42,340 bases of DNA from Sphaeroforma arctica JP610 (lineage: Eukaryota): contig NW_014040182.1 in the NCBI RefSeq assembly GCF_001186125.1, positions 38,540 to 80,879 on the forward strand, read 5' to 3'. How positions within the stretch are numbered: position 1 is the stretch's first letter; every line of letters starts with the position of its first letter. Shown one piece after another: positions 34,714 to 42,340 of this stretch. The notes under the pieces were generated by a model, which saw only the letters and a list, made by a program, of their open reading frames with translations, was not told the origin of the DNA and searched no databases. The position numbers and the translations under genes were made by a program.

Positions 34714-35290
34714 TACAGGTCTCAGCCCATGTTTTACAGCAAGAAACCCATCTTTGATTTATGAAAGTCATCAGAGTTAGCTCATTCCCGAGAGCTAATC
34801 AAGTAGCTTAAATTACTCCCGAGAATCGAGTTAATACTTAACCGACTCCCTAGAACAGATTGGATTTTTCAACGAACTCCCGAAAGTGGATTAAGTCTGC
34901 CAACCGCAGCATTCTAAAAATAGCCGCTATTCTATTTCGACTTCTCTGCAACAAAATCTCCCGCCGAAGATTCTTGTGCCTGCTTGAGAGACTACAGGTC
35001 TCAGGCCAGATTTTACAGCAAGAAACCCTCTTTGATTTATAGAAGTCATCAGAGTTTGATCACTCCCGAGTGTTAATCAAGTAGCTTAAATTGCTCCCGA
35101 GAATTGAGTTAATACTTAACCGACTCCCTAGAACAGATTGGAATTTTTAACGAACTCCCGAAAGTGGATTAAGTCTGCCAACCGCAACATTCGAAAAATA
35201 GCTGCTGTTCTATGCGAGTCACAACCAATGCGGAAAGGCGTCATGTGATCAGCGTGAGATTTTGTTGCAGAGAAGTTGAAATAGAATAGC
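34714..35290 (+). repeat. Two tandem copies (279-bp period) of a TA|CAGGTCTCAG-initiated unit with repeated CTCCCGA motifs and a 35-bp inverted repeat (34926-34960 vs 35256-35290); probable non-autonomous DNA transposon ends
   Basis: Copies start at 34716 and 34995. GCTATTCTATTTCGACTTCTCTGCAACAAAATCTC is matched in reverse complement, with one mismatch, by GAGATTTTGTTGCAGAGAAGTTGAAATAGAATAGC. Confidence 0.8.
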
Positions 35291-35887
35291 ATCGAAGTGT
35301 TAAAGTGTTCTGCATAAGGTTTATCATACTGACCATAAGAGTTTTTACCCTGTCCAGCCCAAGCGGCTGAAGACTAGCACAAACACCTTGCGTATAAAAC
35401 CAAAAGCGAGGTCAGAAATAAATACATACATTTGCACTTTGTTTAAAAGTCTACTACATTGTTGTACTCTAACAACGAAAATGTGGGTCAAAGGTCCGTC
35501 GTGAAAAATAAATATGCGGAAGTGAAAAAGTAATAAATAAATAAGAGGAAGTCCCTTCATTGCGCGCTTGCTGTTGTGGTGTGCTGGTTGCTGTTGTTGT
35601 TGGTTGCGATTGTGGTGTTTGTGATGGTGTAGCATGCTTGATCGCAGGAGTAGTGACTGATAATGTCTGTGTGTACAGTAGTGACCATAGTGACACATGA
35701 TACCCTCTCTGATTACGATTCAACTATATTGTGCGCCCACCATGAGAGATGATATAGTGGCAAGTATTCGTGGGCAAAGTAAGGTGGAACCCGGGGTCTT
35801 GCAATTGGTTCTGCGATGGATTTCGTCTGTACCTACATAACTCAGTCCTAGACCAGGCAGGATACCACGACGAGTAATAAATATTAC

Positions 35888-36800
35888 TCAGTCATCAGCT
35901 AGGCGTAGTGGAAAACTACCCGGTTCTATTTTGGTAAGAAGATGTGCAAGTCTATTGGGCATATAGTTGACCCCAGCAGCACTGTCGATCTGTAGCTTGT
36001 CTCTTTGACGATACATAGTATTGTCGATTGTATTAGAGACAATAAATAGTACTAGTGAACAAGGAAAATTGTCTTCAATGGTACGTTTACCGCAAACAAT
36101 ATCTTTGTGGCCCTTTGCTTGACAGTTGTCACACACTAGTGAGCCCGCAAAGCAGTCCTTGTTCATATGAATCTTAGTGCTACAGTGGCCACATCCACGC
36201 ATACAAACATTCGCAGTGTGACTGGTAGACCATCATACAAAGCAAGGTGTACGGCCAGGTGGGAGTACTATGGCTGTTGGGATTGGCCGATGTACCTACG
36301 AGTTTATCAATGCGTTTCAATATTTGCTGGATAATGGAATTGGTAGGGGATGTAGCGCCTTTGGTTGGGTGAGATGGGCGGATAGCAGCAACTTTCGGAT
36401 CCTGAAGAAAGTCAGGCTTGGTCTGCTCCATAGTTTCGAGTGCTTCCATATATGTAGCGGGGCAGAAGTAGACCTAGTGTCACGATTAACCAAGAATTGG
36501 CGGGATTCTTCTTGTTCAGATCAAAGTGAAGGACAGTAAGAAAATAACCATAATCACAAAAGTCATGTGCTAGAATAAGTGCTTGATGCTCATCAAGTCC
36601 CTGAAGATTGGTGCAGCATGTGACCCAGGTGCGCATGTGCTCATCTGCGTCGCGTTCAAAATTGCAAAGGTACTGGCGGTTGATGATATTGTATTCCGTT
36701 TTGGACATGCGGCCATATTCCTGGAGGAGGTGAGCGAGGAGAACCCATGGTGGGGCAATGAAAAGTCCCTGGTTAAGCGAGTCTAATTATTTCATCGGAA
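35888..36800 (-). mobile_element. LTR-retrotransposon gag-protease fragment (two CCHC zinc knuckles plus aspartic protease start)
   Basis: CGHCSTKIHMNKDC and CDNCQAKGHKDIVC knuckles followed by LQIDSAAGVN (D-S/T-G-like active site) and LRLAD. Confidence 0.75.
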
Positions 36801-37065
36801 GGGGAACTCATAAGGAGATATTGCGTCTTATGGTAAGTGGTGTCTGCCTGGTGTTCATCGATGAAGGTGCTTGCTAGCAATGTACGCTGAAGCGTGGGGT
36901 GGCGGAGGGGTGTACGAGCATGGAGGTGCTCGGTTTTGATTGCTGCTGAGACCCGTTGGGAATTGGTGTTTGCAATTTCTTCGAGTGTCTGATCGAGTAA
37001 GTCAAATATATGGGCCAGCAGTTTGTTCTAACCGGCGATAGAGTTAACCTTCATCTTGAAGTCCT

Positions 37066-37620
37066 TCAGGACGATGCGTATTGAACTGACCCATTGGCTG
37101 AGCTTGTCCCATCATTTATATATCGTGGGCGTCGGGGATTGTAGCGTGCTTCATTCAGGGGGTCCTTGAGTGTCTGGAGCTCGATGGGGCTCTTGTTTAG
37201 TATCTTCGCCAGACTATCCAAGTGTCGGAAGTCATACTCGTCGGGAAGCTTCTCACTCCGTGGGCCATAGACCGATGAAATGTCGGTCTTAGAGAGCTGT
37301 TCCGGAGCTTGAGAAATGAGAAACACCACCGGGTAACGTACTTTAGGTAGGTCTAGCTGGAACGTTAGAGGGGACGTTGATTGGTCCCAGGAGATACCGA
37401 TAAGGGTTTCCTGAAGGTGATCGAATCCGAAAAGGGCCTCGCATCCACGGGGTAACCAGTCGGAGATAAAGAAACTCACCGGTTTGGTTTCGTAGAGGGT
37501 AGGGGTGCCATTAGCGGCTCGAACATTGAAGAGTAATGTAGAACTAACTTGCTGATTGGGAGTGGCTTGACTATCCCCACCAAAACCATGTAAATAAACA
37601 GGGGAGATGGCTTCTATCTG
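37066..37620 (-). mobile_element. Retropepsin-like protease C-terminal fragment of another retroelement
   Basis: LHGFGG flap-like block and FFISDWLPRGCEALFGFDHL (a C-terminal hydrophobic-G-x-D motif). Confidence 0.45.
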
Positions 37621-37634
37621 AAAATTTAGAAATC

Positions 37635-38905
37635 CCGGTCAGTCTAAAATATCAAGATAAAAGGGATAACACATTAGTTTTTATTTGGATTTAAAAAATT
37701 TAATACAAGTTCATTTTCCAATATTTTCAAAGTGTTCTAAATTCACTTTGATGGCTCCAATAACCTGAGTATTCGGTATGACTTATTTACTTGGACCTAT
37801 TTGTGTAAAAATAGCGGGTTCCAAATAATAGTTGCACAGTTAACGTATATTATAAGCGTATAAACGTATAAACGTTTAAACTTATAATATTACTGGAATA
37901 CGTTTAACGAATTGGACATGAACAAGAACTGAGAAATTCAAGATTCTGAACATGTGACAGTACTCAGTAGAGTATGGGACTCTACTGTGGACAATTAGGT
38001 GGCTTTCCAAATATAGATTGGGTTTTCCACTGAAATAAATTTGATTCTTCCTAGCCAGCCAACTAGATGTGCCCGTCTATACCTTAAAATGGGATGGGGA
38101 GCTAGGTACCAAGTGATGGGGTCTAGGTGCAGATGTATACTGCACCAACAAGGTGTTTTGATTTTTATTTATTTTTCAAGTTGGACTTAGAGGTATTTTA
38201 TTGGTTAGTTTGATTGGGTGATTGTTTCGAGGCGTGAAATGTAAACTACGCGTCTAATGAAATGATATCTAGTCTTATTGACTAAAACATAAATAAATCT
38301 AGACCAAAGTAGTGAGTGATTAGAGCGGAGCATATAGACAATAGTCTCGGTCTAAAATCCCCTAATCGTTTGCTCATTATCAAGGGTTGAAGCTAAACTT
38401 ATTTAACATTTTTGCATTTTAACGCATTAACGCATTATTTTATTAACGTAAACGTCTTGGTATCGTATAGTCAGCCTAGAGGAGACTTACTTTTACATTT
38501 GAGACGATAGTAGATTTAGTAAATTATATAATCTCTGAACTACTACTTACAGGTTTTGGTCTTCCCGCTAATATCCAAAATCCAATGTCTTTTTTCTTTT
38601 TTTAACTTTTCTTCAGATGGAACATTTTTATATTAGCTAATGTATTAACTTGACTTTCGTTCTTATATCTATCTACAAATTTGGCATGTGGTCATGAACA
38701 CTTAGTACTTGTAGTAAAAATTATTCAATAAAGAACAGCTAGAAGTACGTCCTGTGTGATCGAGGGTATTAAGGCACTTACCAAGAGGCAGTCGCAATCA
38801 TTCTTACACAAGCTACCACTGCTAAATCATCACTGACTTATAGTGTATCTTAGTTTATTTAACATAGTTTCAAACATAGAAATTGTATATCCATCGAATT
38901 TTACA
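37635..38905. repeat. AT-rich dispersed repeat of about 1.27 kb; second copy at 40045-40222 spans an N-gap
   Basis: 37635-37722 matches 40045-40133 (CCGGTCAGTCTAAAATA.CAAGAT...TTTAATACAAG...TTTTCCAAT), and 38832-38905 matches 40159-40222 (ACTGACT...TAGTTT.AAAC...CCATCGAA.TTTACA). Confidence 0.75.
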
Positions 38906-39081
38906 GAAGTAGCATTGCTGGCTTCGAGCCAGTGTCAATGTATTTCGGTACGTCCGCTTGTTCACAAACAGCCGGGACTACTGGGCCCTTTCATTCATGT
39001 TTATCCAATGTGGGCTCACAGTCCACTGTGTCTAGTGTTGTCTCATCATGCTGTGTCGTCTTGACATGCTGTGTCGTCTCA

Positions 39082-39585
39082 TTATACTGTGCTGTCGTGA
39101 GTAGTGTAGGGGACGGTGGTAGAACAGCATCCACTGTACCATCCTGTGCAATGGATTGGGTCTCGGTGTGTGCGGGTGCTGTGCCTGCTACATGGTATGT
39201 CCGTGCCAGTGATGAACGGTGAAGTATCATCCTTAGTGTCGGGTACTGTTGCAGCCGCGGCCGTAACCTTGTGAGGGCAGCGCCGGAAATAGTGACCAGG
39301 TTGCTTGCACGTATGACATATAGGGCAAAGCTTATCCGCATGCCGGAGGTGGTATTTGTAACAAGTTGGTATGTCTGTGCGTGTCGAGTCCTGTGACTGA
39401 CGGCGGCCCGCACCATAGCGGTTGTCGCGGGGCGCGGAGTTTTGGCGTGTGTCCCGGCCAGAGGAATCACGCCGCCTAGAGTTGTAATGATTGTTCTTGT
39501 GGTGGGAAGGAAAGCGTGGAACGGTAGGGTGTGTATCCACGATTATGCACATGGCGATCACGGTCACTTTTGTACCCCGAGTCAC
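39082..39585 (-). mobile_element. Gag-like C-terminal fragment with a CCHC zinc knuckle
   Basis: R/N/S-rich linker, then CYKYHLRHADKLC (degenerate) and CHTCKQPGHYFRRC (canonical CX2CX4HX4C). Confidence 0.7.
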
Positions 39586-40044
39586 TTACTGGGCCGAGGT
39601 AGGAATCCATTTAGGTCGGAAGTGCCGGCGCTGAGGGTTGACGGCCAGTTAGGGGTGCGCCAGACATCGGTGGGCCTTCGAGACGAGTCTGGCCAAAATG
39701 CATACGGAACGTGGGTAGACAGCGGCCGTTAACCATCATCATCCATGAACATGGAAACCAGCAATCCCGCTGATGAAGGTAAATATATCGGTGGATAGCG
39801 CTTTGTTTCGGATGCTAGCGCCCAAGTGCTGTAAATGTAAAATTATCGTTATAGTTAATAAGGGGGCCATTAATCTGGGAAATGTCACTTGCAGTACGCA
39901 GATGCCAGCCCAGTGGTGCAGCAAAAGTAAACGGTTTACTCTCAGGAGGAGAGGAGAGTGGTCGGCGCTGAAGGTCGCGACGCCATGACTCAATGAGAGA
40001 GAGAGAGAGGTCTGCATGTGCATCATTGTGTAGAAATACGGCCT

Positions 40045-40222
40045 CCGGTCAGTCTAAAATACCAAGATCAATTGAGATAATACATTGGTTTTTATTTGTA
40101 TTTTAAATAATTTAATACAAGCTCTTTTCCAATNNNNNNNNNNNNNNNNNNNNTCCTAACTGACTAAATTGTATTTTAGTTTAATATAGTTTGAAACCTA
40201 GTAATTTCCATCGAAGTTTACA
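40045..40222. repeat. Second copy (both ends, gap-collapsed) of the 37635-38905 repeat
   Basis: Both sides of the N-gap match the two ends of the 37635-38905 unit. Confidence 0.75.
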
Positions 40223-41290
40223 ATTGTTGAAAAACACTCGTTCGTGCGTAGCTCGTTGTGCGAGGTCCGTATCGTATTTGTTCCAAAATGCACGAAACCG
40301 CTGGGTGTTCGATGATGAATGTGGTGCCTTGAGGGTTATTTCTTCGAACAACGGCGGGTACAGCTCTTGGTGGTCGTAACGTGGCAAACATCGATTAGTG
40401 TGCTGACTATCCCGTCGGTCGGGGTCACGTCTGTAACGGTCTGGCCATCGTCGTGTTATCTCAGATTGCACCGTTGGTGTAGCAAGTCGTTCAGATGATG
40501 ACGTACAACGTCGTGTGGGTGCTGGCGTTGGCATACTACGACGTCCGTCCTGTTGTCGAGACCTTGGGACATGCGTTGTTGTTGCCAAGCGTGCCCGGTT
40601 CGTGCGGACTGGAGGATGTGATAAGCGACCCGTGGTATGAGAGCGGGGGCGTTGAAGTCGATTGTGAGGCCGGTCACGGTTGGTTAGAGAACGCTGCTGT
40701 CCGTGAACTGTGCTGTGCATCGGGTACTTGGAGCGATCATCCAGTGTAGCATCTCGTGGAACAAAGAAGGCTTAGATTGACATCAGTGCCGGGAGAGTGG
40801 TGGTTAAGGCCATTCTCATGGGCATGTACGAACTCTCGACTCCAATACAGGATTCAGCAGACTTAAACATACCTATTATGGTGCCACCGTGTGGACTGCT
40901 AGCAGGTCTGGCCGGGTTTACTTTCTAGGCCAGGCGGTAAGCAAACGACAGAACACCATTCTTAGCGAAATCGGAGAGGTAAAGCAGCTTGGTGCGGTCA
41001 TCACGGTAATACACGGTGTTGAGACGTTTCGCTTGATCCAAAAGCTCCGAGACATTCTCAGGACGGCAGAGATGTGCTGACGCCCCGTAATGTGCGATCA
41101 AGAAACGTTCTATGATCGGTACTGTGGCACCATAGCCCAGTTCAGCCATCATCTTGATCTGGATAGCCTGATCAACATGCCGGAGGAGGAAATCGTCCCG
41201 AGCATCATCTGCGAGGAAGCGGGTGTATTCTTTTGAGAATTTGGCCTTCTCCCAGAGGGAAAAGAAGATGATGTCCATCGCTCACCATAG
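40181..41290 (-). mobile_element. Decayed ORF region, possibly gag-like (unclassified)
   Basis: Helical-looking 117-aa ORF (40925-41278) and broken downstream frames ending in the shared repeat. No diagnostic motif. Confidence 0.3.
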
Positions 41291-42125
41291 TGGACGGGAA
41301 GCGACAGAACAGCCGAGGTGGAACTTGTAGGAGTCTCAGACTACTGACGTATTCTTGTTCTCTCTAGAGAGTAACATGCGTGTCTGATGTCCTAAGGCCC
41401 TTGAGGTAGATCCGTCCACTGTCCTGGGTATAGGACTGGACTGTCCTAGTTCCAATGTGACCGTCCGCTTCTACGACTGGTAAAATTTAAAAATTGATCA
41501 GTGCTTTTTTCTTTTATAACTAAAACAAACAAAGATACACTCCTCAATTGGCTATGCAAGAGATTAAAGTGATAAATGATGCATACATTTTTCATTTGGC
41601 CAATGGTATGAGAATCATGTCAATAATAAAGCAATTGTTATTGGTTAGAAGTTTCCGCTTGTCCAACAGTTGTATAGCGATCACTGAAGATTTCTGTTGA
41701 AACCTTTTAAAATAGATTTTTCATACCTGGAAAGTATTTAAAATAATGGAACATAATTGGCTTATGGCTATATACCCCCCTAGAGTAGAATATACAAAAG
41801 AGTGACGCAATAATAGATATGGCACAAGTTGTAACGATAAAAAATGACACTACTTTTTAGAAATGACACTTTATTTACGTGCTTGATAAATACATCGAAC
41901 ACTATTATGTGCATGATATGAACATCCTGCCTTATGGAATAATAAATTACAAACGGATAGTATGTAAATACCTCTCCATACGCTCTATTTAGTCATAACT
42001 CGTATCCAACCCTTTAGTCATATCTAAGGGCGCTGGTCGCAATTAAGCTGTTATCTCGAAGAATGTTAGGACTGAGACTTAGGTCCAAGCAGCATTTTCC
42101 GCGTTTGACATCAAACACGTCAACA

Positions 42126-42327
42126 ATGCTTTCAACGCACTTGCCAACAAGGCTTTCGACACGATTGTCTACAATGCTACGTATGTCTGTCCGCAATGTT
42201 TTCGCCTTCAACGCAAGTAGTCTGAGAGTGTCGCAGGATGTGCAGAATGCCCTGGCGCAGAATAAACCGGTCGTAGCTCTGGAGTCAACTATTGTTGCAC
42301 ATGGAATGCCGTTTCCCAAGAATTTGG
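42126..42327 (+). CDS. psuG: Pseudouridine-5'-phosphate glycosidase (PsuG/IndA family; in eukaryotes often fused to a pseudouridine kinase), exon 1; gene continues beyond the window
   Basis: [67 protein letters not shown], then donor G|gtaagt at 42328. [15 protein letters not shown] is the family signature. Confidence 0.9.
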
Positions 42328-42340
42328 GTAAGTTATATAT

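Noticed and set aside
34760..34780. Hammerhead ribozyme core (CTGATGA on the minus strand)
   Set aside because: No stem II followed by GAAA and no cleavage-site helix could be built.

Overview
Intron-rich eukaryotic genomic DNA with GT-AG introns, (AT)n/(AC)n microsatellites and several N-gaps. The organism cannot be fixed from sequence alone; the gene set and style fit a unicellular opisthokont. The left third holds host genes: a damaged F-box/LRR gene behind a 25-bp minisatellite, a 5-exon nucleostemin/GNL3(NUG1)-like GTPase (minus strand) and a divergently transcribed 9-exon phosphoserine aminotransferase. The GTPase's third intron carries a box C/D snoRNA predicted to guide the LSU rRNA site equivalent to yeast U2347. 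From about 16 to 41.5 kb is a graveyard of decayed mobile elements: a Ty3/Gypsy element with a chromodomain, two related LINE-like RT elements, a Tc1/IS630-type DDE transposase, and gag/protease fragments with several repeats. The window ends in exon 1 of a pseudouridine-5'-phosphate glycosidase gene. The most notable observation is that the Gypsy pol carries a Dam-like N6-adenine DNA methyltransferase domain (VDVFA...AF..DW...NPP[W]...IP.VP.AP[W]) between RNase H and integrase. That domain is classically associated with DIRS-type tyrosine-recombinase retroelements and is missed by the ORF track because of stops and frameshifts.
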